Assembly (NCBI RefSeq): GCF_004010195.1
Contig: NC_057715.1
Span: 21,344,034 to 21,408,033 of the forward strand
Direction of reading: 5' to 3'
Length of the DNA stretch: 64,000 bases
From: Chiloscyllium plagiosum
Taxonomy: Eukaryota
Below, in pieces: positions 37,831 to 52,009 of this stretch. The position numbers were made by a program, and so were the translations under genes. Under the pieces are notes generated by a model. That model did not search any database. It saw only the letters and a list, made by a program, of their open reading frames with translations, and was not told where the DNA came from. How positions within the stretch are numbered: position 1 is the first letter of the stretch; every line of letters begins with the position of its first letter.

Positions 37831-38888
37831 GCTTTTCGAGCTAAGAACTGAGGAGTTGATAGGAAAATAACTGTCAGCTTTTGGATGATGGTTCAATCAT
37901 TGATCAATCAGCCACAGACATTTGGGATAGGGATTTGCACAAACAGTATTTTATTGCTCGACAAGGAAAGATGATGGTGGGGACAGTAGGGGGCTGGAGG
38001 GCAGATTTGCGTAGTGGAGGGTACTGTTGGGGGTTGAATTCAGCCAAGGCCCTGCTACCAGTCCCTCTGGTGATCTGTCTGGTTAAAGGCACAAATGGAG
38101 ATCGCGTGTACACAAGGCTATTTGTTTCCCCCTTATTGATCCTGCTGATGTCTCGCAGCTCAGTCTTTCCATTTTGTGTGAAATACCAGAGAGCAACTAA
38201 TACCTAAGAAATGGTGCTACACATGAGTCAGAAGTGGAGAAAAACACAAAGTAGTGTTGGGGGTGGAAGTATGACAATTTTATCATTTAATGCAAATGAA
38301 CTAAAATAGAGTGAGAGGTAGTCATTTGCACTCCACCATTTAAAGAAAAGCAGCAATAACTTATGCATGTGTGACTTGACAGATGGTGTAGGAGAAAGTG
38401 TTTAACATTTCTACAGCATTAGGACAAGTTTAAAGACAGGACTAAACTTTCCAAATGAAACAGTTTTCACACAAACTGGTGTTAATTTTTTTTTTCGGTG
38501 AAGGTAAGTGGGAGCAATGGAAAGATTATTTTAAACTAAGATGGTGAAGGATAAGTCAGGTGTTTGGGAGGTGCTTAGATAAATTTTAGCAATTGTCAAA
38601 GGTGGTTTAAAATAGTAAGTTAAAGGACTGAAACTACACAGGGTCTTACCTTTGGATAAATAAAGTAGTGAAACAAAAAAAAGGAGTTTGGCACTAATTA
38701 GAATTGATGGACGTAACTACTTAATGGGATAAAATTTGATTGCAGTGGGAGAGTTCCTAACATTGGGATAAATGCAGTTCTTAAGCCCACATGGATTGAT
38801 AATTGAGGTGGCAGTTTTTCTTTGCTGTAAGATACCTCTATTTGGCGCATAACGGTATCTCAATAAGGATGACATGGGTCTACATGAT

Positions 38889-39026
38889 TGCTGTATTCCT
38901 GATGAAGGGCTTTTGCCCAAAATGTCGATTTTACTGCTCCTCGGATGCTGCCTGACCTGCTGTTCTTTTCCAGCACCACTCTAATCTAGACTCTGGTTTC
39001 AACATCTGCAGTCATTGTTTTTACCT
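38889..39026 (+). mobile_element. Single-arm Penelope-derived mini-element beginning at hammerhead
   Basis: attc-CTGATGA-agggcttttgccc-aaaatgtc... tail ...tttttacc. Perfect 15-bp TSD atgggtctacatgat at 38874-38888 / 39027-39041. Confidence 0.9.
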
Positions 39027-39614
39027 ATGGGTCTACATGATACTGGCTCAATCAGAATACCACTGGTCACTGCTGAGAAATGCAGGAAACCTCAAGTCCT
39101 CAACCAGTAAGTTATAGAAAAACATCATGTGACCAAGGTCAGAGGGTAAAGCCAACAAACACAATCAAAGAGACTAAAAATAATTGGCCCTTCGCTAAAC
39201 TTTATCTGTAACTTTGATGAAAACGCCATTAAGAAAGTTGAAATAATGGAAGTTTGTTGCACAGCAACAAATTATCCGAAGGAATTTTAAATTTCAAGGA
39301 GCCTAAACTCCTTGAAAGCTCTTCAAAAGAATATGGGATGGTTGAAAGCTCAGTGCTGGAAACTTTGTTCTAAATGTGAAGATTTGAACAGAGTTGAGGA
39401 GCAAAATGATTTGCAGATGCAGATATCAAGATCTTTCAAGGTAGGTCTCCTAATAGAATAACAATTTGAAAAATATAAATGGGATTATCTTATTGATCCC
39501 TAAAGCCCTCATACCCCAATCACCCTCACATGCCCTCCACATGAGCACTGCAATTACAACAAAGAAATGGCCTTGAATTGCTTGTGGAAACCAAAACTGG
39601 AGTTAATTAAAATA

Positions 39615-40070
39615 ACAAAAGAACAATACAGCACAGGAACAGGCCCTGCAGCCCTTCAAGCCTGCACCAACATATTTTGTCCATCCATATTAAAACTGTC
39701 TTCACTTATACAATACATATCCTTCCTATTCATGTATTCGACCAGGTGCTTCTTGAATGCTGCAATTGTGTCTGTTTCCATCAACACTTCTGGCAGTGCT
39801 TCTAGGCAACCATGATCTTTTGTCTGAAAATCTTGCTTCACACATCTTTTTAAAACTTCACGCCATGCATCTTGAATCTATGTCTCCTGGTAATTGACCC
39901 CTCCATCCTGGGAAAAAGCCTCAGACTTTCCACTCTATCCATACCATTCACAATGTTATACATTTCTACCAGGTGACCTCTCAACCTCCTGTGAAAACAA
40001 ACCTAGTCGGCCCAACGTGTCTTCTTAGCTAAAATCCCCCATACCAGGCAACATCCTGGTAAATTCTGTG
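39615..40070 (-). mobile_element. CR1 LINE 3' end
   Basis: Minus strand ALPEVLMETDTIAAFKKHLVEYMNRK. Confidence 0.8.
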
Positions 40071-41034
40071 TGTTCAGGTCCCAAGAGATGCCATGACAAT
40101 TCATTAGGATGATACTGGGAATATATTTATGAGGAACAGCTCTTTTCACAATAACAAAGAAGATAATCAAGAGGTACCTACTAGACATTTGAGAGAATAT
40201 GGACATTTTTGACCATTTCGTCATATTAATAAAACATAAGAACTTAAGAAATAAGAAATGGATTCGGCTATTTAGTCCTCTAACTGCCTCACCATTCAAA
40301 ACAAGGCCTATCTTCCATATTTTCAAACAACTTCAAAATTCACTAATTCATGTAGTATCCAGTACATTGAGATGAGGTGAAATATATTCAATCACAAATG
40401 GCTGATTTTATGCTGCATGGTTGTGATTCCATGTTGGAGACTCAGCAGTCAAAGTAAACAGTTTCTCAGCAATTACACTTTTAATCACCTGAAGGACTTC
40501 TTTTTAATGTTTCAATTCAATCACTTCTTCTTTTGAAATCAACGAAACTGAGACAAAGTCTAATTCATTTCTCCACAGAGGACAATCCATTAATTTCATG
40601 CAGCAGTCTAGCAAACCTTTGTTGCACTTCACCTAGCACAGGAATGTCCTGCTTTAGTTAAGAAGAACAAACTGCACATGGTATTCTCGGGTTGGCCTCA
40701 CCAATGCCCTGTATAATTGCAAAAAGGACTTCTACATTGCTTGGAAAATCGGCAAAAACAATAGAGGCAGAAGGATTTTTCTGAGCATAGGTCAGAAAAT
40801 CAGTTATAGAATCATCACATTGGTTCCAATGGATTCTGGACACTAATGAGTTTGTTGTGAGTGACATTGGATCAGTTTGTCTGCCATTTAAAAGTGACTG
40901 AGGGCGTGGCAACATAATGCTATGGATTATAAAAGGAGGAAGATTTAATTAGTGATAGCTCAGTCAATGCTTGACAAGTTGGGGTTACAGATGTCCATGA
41001 CATGGTCATGCATGTGTAACAGGAAGTTCCTGCA

Positions 41035-41315
41035 CAGAAGGCATAGGTTTAGGCTGAGAGGGGAACGATACAAAAGAGACCTAAGGGGCAACTTTTCACA
41101 CAGAGGGTGGTACATGTATGGAATGAGCTGCCAGAGGAAGTGGTGGAGGCTAGTACAATTGCAACATTTAAAAGGCATCTGGATAGTTATATGAATAGGA
41201 AGGGGTTCAAGGGATATGGGCCAGGTGCTGGCATTTGGGACTAGGTATGTTGGGATATCTGGTCGGCATGGACGAGTTGGACTGAAGGGTCTGTATCCAT
41301 ATAACTCTATGATTC
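41035..41315 (+). mobile_element. HER1/CR1 LINE 3' end
   Basis: RHRFRLRGERYKRDLRGNF; WNELPEEVVEA..FKRHLD; 3' UTR. Confidence 0.85.
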
Positions 41316-42169
41316 TGCTAAAATCCAGGTCAAAATTTTTGACCTTCCCTTGAAATCTCTTTCACTGGATAGCAAAATTATACAGAATTTAATTGTTTCT
41401 ATTTAATGGCTAATTTGTACTTTTTGGAAGATATTGAAGTCAATGGAAGATTTGACTGCCTAATTGTTTAATGAAAACTGTACATATCAATGGGAATTAG
41501 TTATGTTTATCAATTTAACACTGGCTTTTTACTCAGTACATTATTTCTGACTACCACACAACATTGGCTTCAAACATTTAATGGAGTGTTTTTTTTGGCT
41601 ATTGTTGTTGCACTGAGCTACTTAAAAGAGGAGAGAAAGGCAAAAGGGGTATGTTTGGTTCACTGATTTCCCCTATTTTAGGAAAGTTAAAGTTGGCCTT
41701 GCCAGACTTTTGCTTTGGCATGCGAACAAAAATGCAAATCTTCTTAGCTGCTTAGATACACTTGAATTGAGTCGACTTATCTGTAAAATTATTGTGTTTT
41801 TATTGCCAAAATCAAACAGTGTGGTGTCTGACCTTTGATTGTCCTTGATTGACAATTCCACACCAGACCCACTTTTACAATTGTTCCTTATCTTAGTGAA
41901 ATCCAGGAACATGCAACAACCACTACTGTCTGTTTCCTATCCATGTCTCCGAAATGGCCTAAAGATATGAGTTCTGTGTAGGAACCCATGCTGCAAGTTC
42001 ACGCATCTTCATCTGAACGTTCTGGGCGTTGAAGTAGACACATTTCAAGTCACTTTCCTGCCTACCCGTACACTCCTGTGACCTTGAAAACTCAACCATG
42101 ACTGCACTACTCTCAACCTCCTGTACACTGAAATAACAGTTTAGGTTTCCACCCCGCCCCAGTTGAATG

Positions 42170-42650
42170 AGTTTAATTTCTCCTGAGGAAAATTAGTAAA
42201 TTTTCCACAAAAGATATTGGTACTGCTCTTGTTCAGGTGCAGACAATCCCATTTGGAGAAGTCCCTCGTTCAGAAAATATTCCCCAATTATGCAGGCATA
42301 TGAAAGCCTTCCTCCTGCGCCTTCGTTGTAGCCAGGGGTTTAACTCGTCTCTCTCCCCGTTTCTCGCCTCAGGAGCACGTGGCATGTGTAAAAAAAAGAA
42401 ATAAAAACTTTGTATATTCGAGGCCTGAGCTGTCGCCCCAACTTCCTGAATTTCTGTCTTGAAACGCCATTAATTTTCCTACTTGAGCTATTGATGTCTA
42501 CATAGACAACGACTTGGAGTGCTCCTCCTTCCCATTAATGATTCTAAAAACACGATCCGAGACATCACAAACCCTAGAACCAGTGAGGCCACACAGCAAC
42601 TATGAGTCTGTCTCGTCCACCCGGAGATTCCTATCTGTCCCCCTCACTCT
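42170..42650 (-). mobile_element. CR1 ORF1 fragment (SGNH esterase-like), abutting gap
   Basis: Minus strand DCLHLNKSSTNIF resembles the DGLHLN esterase motif of CR1 ORF1. GDR...DETDS*LLCGLTGSR resembles the conserved R.VCCLPGAR segment. Confidence 0.6.
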
Positions 42651-43150
42651 NNNNNNNNNNNNNNNNNNNNNNNNNNNNNNNNNNNNNNNNNNNNNNNNNN
42701 NNNNNNNNNNNNNNNNNNNNNNNNNNNNNNNNNNNNNNNNNNNNNNNNNNNNNNNNNNNNNNNNNNNNNNNNNNNNNNNNNNNNNNNNNNNNNNNNNNNN
42801 NNNNNNNNNNNNNNNNNNNNNNNNNNNNNNNNNNNNNNNNNNNNNNNNNNNNNNNNNNNNNNNNNNNNNNNNNNNNNNNNNNNNNNNNNNNNNNNNNNNN
42901 NNNNNNNNNNNNNNNNNNNNNNNNNNNNNNNNNNNNNNNNNNNNNNNNNNNNNNNNNNNNNNNNNNNNNNNNNNNNNNNNNNNNNNNNNNNNNNNNNNNN
43001 NNNNNNNNNNNNNNNNNNNNNNNNNNNNNNNNNNNNNNNNNNNNNNNNNNNNNNNNNNNNNNNNNNNNNNNNNNNNNNNNNNNNNNNNNNNNNNNNNNNN
43101 NNNNNNNNNNNNNNNNNNNNNNNNNNNNNNNNNNNNNNNNNNNNNNNNNN
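42651..43150. other. Assembly gap (500 N)
   Basis: Run of N. Confidence 1.
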
Positions 43151-43559
43151 ATTTGTACATTTAAAAACAACCTTGGATAGTAACAGACACATTGCAAAGC
43201 TTCTGAATGCAATGTTCCCTGGTCACTTAAAGCTCTCTCATGCTGCTGCCCTTATTCTTGCTTTGGTACTATAATCTGCTATTTGGCTGTCTCCAAAATG
43301 CCATGTTAAAAGGGCATGGTATTTTAAAATTTTCTTCTTTGTCTTCAAATTTCTCCAGGTTTTCCCGATCTTTAAACCTCCAGCATCACTGCATTCCTAC
43401 AATTCTGGCCATATACAATACAATTTCAAATTTTTCACAATTGTCAACCATCCCTTACTCCTAAACTATGAAACACTCTCTCTAAACCTCTCTATATCTC
43501 TCCTTTTTTTTAATTGATACTACGCAACTGGAGTATTGTATTTAGCTGTGGGCACATCC

Positions 43560-43995
43560 TTTCAGAAGAATGCAGATGTGTTAGCAAAGGAGCAGAAAAG
43601 ATTCACAAGAATGATTCCAAGGATGAGAAACTTTAGATGTATGGATAAATTGGAGAAGCTGTAGTTATTCTCATTCGAGAAGAGAAAGTTAATACGAGGT
43701 TTGGGAGAGGTATTCGAAATCATGAGGGTTGTGGGTAAGGAGAACTTGCTTCCAATGGTGGAAGGATTGGGAACTGAAGACACTGAGCTAAGTGGTTTAC
43801 AAAATTGGCAATGGCAATATGAGGAAAATTGTCTGTGTGCTTAAAATCTTGAATGTATTGCCCAATTTCTGCACTGTTGTTTTTCAAAAGAGAATTTGAT
43901 ATTACCCGAAGTTTGGTGGACCACAGGAGAAAGGCATTGTGTAGTATTGGGTGAATTGTTCTTTCAGAAAACATGCACAAAGACGATAGGCCTCC
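43560..43995 (+). mobile_element. Degenerate CR1 3' fragment
   Basis: KEQKRFTRMIPRMRNFRCMDKLEKL*LFSFEKRKLIRGLGEVFEIMR. Confidence 0.7.
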
Positions 43996-45179
43996 TTGTA
44001 TGAAAACCTACCTCTTTGATGAGGGTTTTAGTCAGCTGTCCTCGTGTGGCTCCATGTCAAATGTTGTTCTGTATAGTATTTTTGTGAAGTGCTTTTGGAA
44101 CATTTTCTTCCACAAAAGGTGTAATATAAATCCAAGTTGCCATTGTGCGCAGACATAAACTACGTATGTGCCAGAGTTTCAGGTGAAAGACTAAAACAAA
44201 AAGGCTTGGGACCAATTCTTTACGCCAAAATTGTTCTCAACATAACTAGTAAATTTGCAACAGCAAACAATAATCTTAATGCAGCCTGAATACAATTGAA
44301 TAGGGTCTATTGTGCATTAGTGTCATAAAGCAGATGCTTTTGCTTGCCCCAGTAATCAGCAGAATGACAGGGAACTCATCACAGTCTCTTTTCTTTGTCC
44401 TTGTATATCGAAGATTGTCGCTAACAAAAGTCGTGTTTTGACGAGCTCTGCTGCCAAACATCTCACTTGAATCCACGACTCAATAAACTTTCAAAAGCAG
44501 CTATCTCGGTGTGTGAAAATTTGGATGGCAGCGTTTTTTTAAATGTCCTCTCTCTCCCATCTAATTCCTGTCACCTAGCAACTGAAACTGGCAGCGGTAG
44601 CATTTTTTGCCAAAGCTATGCTGTCAGTTCCCAGTTGATGGCTTTGATCAAAGATTCTCGAAGTGAGGATTAGACATAGGTTACAGTTTAATGAGTGCAA
44701 GTTGAATGGAAGTGAATCAGTCAGTTGTGTGTGGCGCATCAATGTCCTGGAACTCTTACAATGCATTTTTCACTCTGTGCTGCATGAGTTCTGCTTCGAA
44801 CACGATTATTTTTGTTTCATTGCTACAATCTACCTACCGACCTAAATATACACATTCAAAGCTTTATCAGTCTTATTTGAAAGTTACACCCTTTTTGTTT
44901 CAGAGAAAAGCAATCCTTAACAAAAAGAGAAATATAATAGCAGTCATTTCCTGCTGATTGTATTAGTCTCTGGGAGAAGCAAATCATTTAGAATCCGCTG
45001 CCAATCTACAGAAAAACCATTGCTCTATAATTGCCCTCAGGATGTCATTAGGAACAAATAGGCTGTAAGGAACACAGGAACAGGAGGAGGCCATTCAGTT
45101 AGATTATTTCATCTGTATTGTAGCCCTACCAATCTGCTTTGTTTCTGAAACCCTTAATGTTCTTGCCTTGACAAAATCC

Positions 45180-46110
45180 TGGAAAGTGTGGACCATTCTT
45201 GCGAACCTCCTCAGGTGAAGGCAGACGTATATGATGAAATTCATCACTGCCTCTGATGTGCTAGCTCAGCCTTAAGTCAACCGAGGAAAATAATATTTGA
45301 AGGCCAGCATCTCAAACCCAAGTTTGAGTTCATGGTTCATTCGGGAACAGTGATCACTGTGCTCCTACATGATTTGGAGACTTGAACAATATCGAACAGG
45401 TACCTCAAAGCAATGTTATTACCAATGGCACCTTCATAATATCCCCTAAATTCAGTGGCAAGAAAAGCCAACATCAGTGTCCTTTCCCAACTCAATGCAC
45501 CCAGTATTGAGGACCTTTAATTACTCAAACCCATTGCACATACCGTGTCATTTGTATGCCTGACACCAGACTCCCAAATCAATTGCTCCACTCTGACTTG
45601 GTCATGGCAGGAGACTCGCAGCAGAAGCACTTTAGTGATGTCCTCAAAGCATCTCTGAGGATATTAAACATTCTTAGTAATTCATGCCATGCCACCAGCA
45701 TCTGCAGTTCTTTGTTTTAGTGAAATGGAGAGTTAATTCAAGAATGTACCAAAGATTTTGAGGGAGGGTTTTCATTAGGAATGTGCAGCGGTGAAACCAA
45801 GACATCCAAGAGAATCTTCAAGCCTTCACACACCTCGTTTACCTGACCCTTCAAGAGACACTTGCCCCTCACATGGCAGAGTCCACAGAACATGCACCGG
45901 ATTTATCAGCTACCTCAGAACTCACTGACCTAGTGTGGAGGCCCATCAACCTTGATTGAAAATGACCCTTCCAGATGATACTTGCCTAATAAAAGTCTGT
46001 CAGCTTCAGTGTCGAGGCTTTCAATTCATGTCTTAGCATCAACAGCTTTTTGGAGAACAGACACCAGATTTTCACAAGCCTTTGTGTGAAGAGATGCTTT
46101 CTGACATCAT
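45180..46110 (-). mobile_element. Degenerate RTE-clade LINE fragments
   Basis: Minus strand QTKLQILKQ...SGVRHT..CNGFE*LKVLN and KCFCCESL..DQVRVE, similar to RTE motifs at 24770-25245. Confidence 0.5.
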
Positions 46111-46899
46111 CCCAAACATATTAACATGTGTTGAATGCTTTAAAACTATCCAAACCTTTCTGTTCCAGAATTCCAAAGTTAGATGACCTAACCTCTTTGT
46201 CGAGGCCATAAAAGATTATTGGAAAGATCCCTATTTGGTTCCCAGTTAAGATTTTGAATTGAGAGAAGATGGCTCTGACATTTGGCTTTGCATCTGCGTC
46301 AGAATTACAGCTGAGTGATGTCAACTTGTTTTAAAGTGATTCAGTAGCTACTCATGTCAGACTTATATCACATTAATCACATTATTGTCATGTTGCATGT
46401 TCATATATCCTGCTCGATAGGAAATTAAAAACCTTTTCCTAATTTGAAAAACACAGCCTGCAGTAAATTCATTTGGGAGCACAGAAAAAGCAGGAAGTCA
46501 TTTAGCCCTTCTAGCCTATCCAATGAGATCATGGCTGATCTGTGACCATAACAGCATAGGCCATAATGCCTTTGGTAAACAGAAGTGCATGCATGTCCGA
46601 TTTAAAATTAACAACAGATCTAGCACCAATTGTGGTTTGCAGAAGAGAGTTCTGAACTCCTATCATTCTTCTTCTTGCACAGACATGATTTCTAATTTCA
46701 CTCCTGAAAGGTCTGGATATAACTTGTAAACTTTTCCTGCAAATCCTAGGGTATCCCCAAGAATGGAGAAAGTTCCTCTTTACCGATTTTTTTTCTCTCT
46801 TAATGACAATATAGTGAAAACCCATTCCAAGGCTTTTGTTTGGGTCTTGGAATATTTTGATTACTGTGCTTTTTTTCAACTGCTGTGAATTCTCCTGAG

Positions 46900-47070
46900 A
46901 AACAATTACACCATTTAAAAGGCATCTGGATGGGTAGACGAATAGGAAGGGTTTAGAGGGACATGGGCCAAATGCTGGCAAATGGAGTAGATTTATTTAG
47001 GATATCTGGTCGTCATGGATGAGTTGAACTGAAGGATCTGTTTCTATGCTGTACATTTCTGTGACCGTAG
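46900..47070 (+). mobile_element. HER1/CR1 3' end
   Basis: catttaaaaggcatctggatggg...gatatctggtcgtcatggatgagttg. Confidence 0.8.
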
Positions 47071-49129
47071 AACTGACAGAGAGAAGCCTGAACTTACATC
47101 TACTGTCCTCCACTCAACTCAGTTTACAGATGCTGATAAGACACATATTGGAAAGCTAATCTTCAGGTTAGGCATAAGAAAAATGGAGCAGCTTTGCCTG
47201 TCTTTCACGATCGACATGATTAAATCACAAGGCTGGTCAAGAGAGCCAACAACAGTCCTTGATTTACATTGAAGCATCCCATAAATTGCACAGTATAACT
47301 TGCATGCAATGATGCCAGTGTGAACTTTTGCACCACCTGCCAATTGTGAAATTTCACTTTTTTTTAGCAGTTTTGATTGTCAACAGTAGGAGGAGTGCTT
47401 AAGCATCACACTTCATACAGTCATTGCTTTCATGAAGTAGTCACAGCAGATTAAACATTAGAAACCTGAAATGTTAACTTTATCTCTTCTCTCTCTTTCA
47501 AGAAGAAGCTGCGAGACTGACTGAACCATTTAGTATTTTTCCTTTTGCTTAAGATTTCTCGAATCCATGTAGTTTTCTCTACTCAGTTCCAATCACAGAA
47601 GAGTAATGACTAATACTTCACATGCCAATACCCCCATCGGCTGTATCAGTCATTGTTTGATTTCTCAGAGTGAGCTCTCCAAGTTGTGTCAAACTAAAAC
47701 TAGTTCTGTGCTGCAAAAGCCATTACATCTTAAAACTGGAATTTTAAAAAAAAATTGTATTTATATAGCATTTTTCAGCACCTCAAGATGTCACAAAGTG
47801 CATTAAGATGGCAAAGCATTTTTTGAAACATAAGGCTGGATTTTACCCGAACCCATTAGTGGGTTTGAAGACAGGGTATGGAAATCTAGTCGGTGGCTTT
47901 CTTAACTGCTACATGCCCGCCTGCCTGATCTCAGTATGTTTGATATTTTATGGTGATAGCTGGAATGTGGGGTGGTGCCTTGCCCGTCCTTCGACCTATG
48001 AAGGCTCTAGAAATGGTCAATTACAGACCTTATGTCTCACCTCCCGGTGAGTCCCTGCAGGGTTCCTGGAGGTTAGCTCATCCTTTATCCTCCTCTTAGC
48101 TGCAAGAACTCAGCTTCTCTAAAATCCTTGCCTGTCCTGGACTCACCTAGGTTTCCCATACCATGGGAATGCCTACAGTCCCAGCAGCAATGCCTGCTCC
48201 GGGCTTGGGCAGTACGACTGCAGAGCTGCTGGTGAAATCCAATTGACGGATTTGTCTCGAAGGCAGGATTTCCCACTGTGACAGGAGTGGAAGTTTCTCA
48301 TTAAATTGCTGCTGAGCAGCCATTGAGATCATAGTGAGCTCCTTTTTCCTGTTTTTTTTCTCTTAGCCAATAATAGAGAGGCCGATGCTTGATTTTGAAC
48401 TAGGTTACAGGAGTTGCTCTTGCAGAGAACCAGAATGAATATGATGGGCTGAATGGCCTCCTTCAGATCTGGGATAACTCTATGATTCTAAGTGAAAGCC
48501 CAGTATCTAAATTGCTGGTATCTCTCAAGACATGGTTTCTAATTATGCTTCATTCTTTTCATGTAAACATTAACACAGAGCTTCCTTTTGTTCAGACTTG
48601 CATGAGAGCTGGTATTTGAAAGGACTGCATTTTGTTTTAGCAGGTCAGGAGGCATCTGCGGAGGGAGAAAATCCATGGTGATCGTCTGAGTTTTACGTTC
48701 CCCCTGGAATGGTTAGCAGGAATGAGGAGAAGAGCCATAAAGTAGGGACATAGCCATGGGCAACATTCTCAGAACTAGTCTGTCTGCCCGGTTGCAATTT
48801 CACACACGGCAAGGAGGAAAGCAATGATTCGGTCTGGCCAAAACTGCAATTTTAATCACATCTAATAGAGGCTAATGCCAAGTGTTAAGCATAGTCACTT
48901 TACTGTTTGGGCTTGTGAGGTAGGGTTGGCTTGGTAGGCAATGGCCCAGTGATTCTAATAGGGAAATGGTCTTTGCAGCAGCAATACTATTAACTCTGCA
49001 GATGTAACTCAGGAAGTTGAAATTTCCTCATGACAATTAACTAGCATCTGAAACTCTTGGAAAACTCTCCAACACTATGTTAGATTCATAGATTTTAGAA
49101 GCCTTCAACTCCCTGAAGCTTAAAAGTTG

Positions 49130-49650
49130 GATGACTGAAAACCTACTCTAACTCCTCGGGAACTCATCCTCCAACTCACCATTCACCCCCGCGCACTACG
49201 CTTCCCGACTCTTGACACCAACAGACCAGTCACTCCATACCAACCCAACCCAGCCCCTCTGACTTATCCTGAACACTCAACCACTTATCCAATACTTGAC
49301 TCTCTAACTTTCCTGCCACCCTATTCCTTCACCCACCTGAACCCAAACCTCTCACTCATCTGACATCACCACCTAACTGCTGCTTTGAACCCCAACCATT
49401 TGTTAACCCAATCCCAACTCAGCATTTCTCACACAGATTGCTCCTCCTGATAGCCATGCACTCAACACCCTCCCCTCGTGCCCATTCTGTTGAATCTAAT
49501 ATGGCTCTTCTATCCAATCCACTTGACCAGATATCCCCATCCCCAATGCTACCAAACCCATTCATCAGCCTACCTTAAGCACTAATACATTAACCTGACA
49601 ACCAATCCTTTCACCCACCTGGCACCAAAACCCATCATCTACCAGCCATC
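49130..49650. repeat. C/A-rich low-complexity tract
   Basis: Degenerate cactc/cacc/aaccc units with strong strand asymmetry. Confidence 0.6.
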
Positions 49651-52009
49651 CTTTCTTTTTACTCAGAAGGTCAGTGGAATGTTTCATACGTGGGGCCTTT
49701 AAATCAGCTTTCCAACTCCTGGGAATGAACTTCCGTTCCATATCCAGTCCACAGCTGGGAAATTATGGAACTTTTAAGATTTAGTCTCCAGCAGTTTTAG
49801 CATGCTCCCAGGTTGCCTTTTGGGGGAACCATTAAAATCGCCCATAGTTTTGGTAGTAATCATATTAATATCCTTAAGAAAGTTACCATAATCATTTGGA
49901 AAAATGCCCTCAATCATGTTTGCTTAAAGTTCTCCATTCAATAACAGCTTCCAGCCATGGCACTTAACATTTTTAGTGATCCTAATAAGCCAACACATAA
50001 GCAAAACTAGCTTTCATTGATAATATTCAAGCTATTATGTTATAACAGTCTGTTAATGATAAGTATTGATGTAAACGATATATGGGAACTTGTACAACTG
50101 CTCAAGTACAATAAAGGAAACAGCAATATTTGCTGACAGTGTCACATGAGGAACAGGTAAGATATTTCAAAAATTACAGTTAGAAAGATCGGTATTTCTT
50201 TTATGACCACCCCAAAAGCTTTAGTTTGAAGTTTTCATAAAAGAAATATTAACTGCAATTTTGTCCTTAGAGTTATTAACTATTCCCATCAGGTTCTGCA
50301 AATGATTGGTAACATGCAACAATACCCTTCAGCTTATGGTGCTACATCAACCCCTGTGACTTCAGGTCAATACATTATTGCAGTTGGCCACAAAAACTAT
50401 CAGGACAAAGTAACATCCATTCCCTTCCATTGTACTTCACTGACTAGGCAGTCAAAGTATACAATGAAACTCCTTCATTTCAAACAAGCAATGTGCACAG
50501 TGAACAGGCAAATTTATAAAAAGCATTACTATTGAAAAGAGATGTTTCTCTCTCACTCCCTCTTGCTTCCTGAAGAAGCTGTTTGCAATTCTTTAGTGCT
50601 GGTCTATAATGTCGGGAGCTGCCTCTAACCGCAACTTATTGCTGGGTCGCAATCTACTGAATTGGGTTAATGAATTCTTCCAATTGATCTATCCATTAAA
50701 TGACAATCATAGTAAAGAACAGGGTCATAATCAATACAAATTTATACAGATGCTGTAAAACTACTCTCCCTAACCAGAGAGGGCAATCCACCTTTTTAAA
50801 GATTTGAAGAACTAATCAATCACAGACAGGAAAAGGTCAAATAGTATTGATTGGTGAATCAGCACAGACTCATCATCCTCCTCCCTGCTGTTTTAATTTC
50901 CTTGTAATCAGAGTATGATTTCTTTGCAATACATGTTTTCCAGAGAGTGTATTTATGTAGCGGTAGATGCTGCAACAATGGAATGATTTATTGACAGTGC
51001 ATTCAATATTAGAGCTGCTTAATATATTGAAACTGAAAATACTGTAAAAAAGGAGGGAAGATCTACAAAAACAAATATAATGTTTTCACATTCAGCCTGC
51101 TGTGTTTGTTGATGAAGGTTTGGAGAATTATAAACCTGTGTTGTCTTCTCTCAGTTTCCCAGTTCCTGCACAGTAGGAGTGAAAACTATTAATAAAGAAG
51201 GGAAAGCTGCCTCTAATCAATTTGGTCAGTGGCAACTTCTGACGAGTTGCCCAACATGATGAATAACAGTCAGGGTGCTTCAATAGGAATCTTCTCAGAA
51301 ATCAGCAGGGAGAATTTCCTTCTCGTAACAGCCCTCCTTGTTAGTAAAAGGTGGCATGTAGCACAAAGGTTAATGGAAAGCAAATGCCTGTCGGGCCAGG
51401 CCTTCCTTGCTTTCAAATCACACTGCTGTTGCATAGTAACTGATAGTGATTGGTCTTCCATCTATTAACTTGGCAGAATCTGTAGTTGATCGAGACTGAA
51501 TATCTTGTGTGTAACCTGTAATATATATTATTCCCCAGTTAATGCACATTCTTTTATTCAGTGTTGCTTAAGTGGATTTGATCCAGGTTTATACCTGCTG
51601 AGAATGTAATTCCATTAACTGAATAGAACTTCAAACTAATTCCCTTTGCAATGTTATCCAATCAGTTCTGTTTACTGTAGTGGGTAGAATAATGGAACAT
51701 CATGCATGTATTGTGAAGGTGTAATCAGGCAAGGCTGCTTTTCATCATGTATATGTGTGAATAAAAGTGTCAGGTGGAGCCCAGTTGTTAACACTTTCTT
51801 GAGTCAGAAGGCTGTAGGCTCAAATTAGATGGAGCACCAACTCAAGGCTGACAGTCCAATGCATGAGAAGGCGATCCTGGTATAGTTTTAATGGTACTGA
51901 ATGATCCAGAAGGTCAAGTTATCCCCTGGGAACATGACTTCAAATGGCAGCAGGCAGAAGTTACATTAAATTAATTGATACATTCATTAGAATTATACAG
52001 GACATTGAC

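Noticed and set aside
42514-43212. Long ORFs in several frames
   Set aside because: Artefacts of reading through the 500-N gap.
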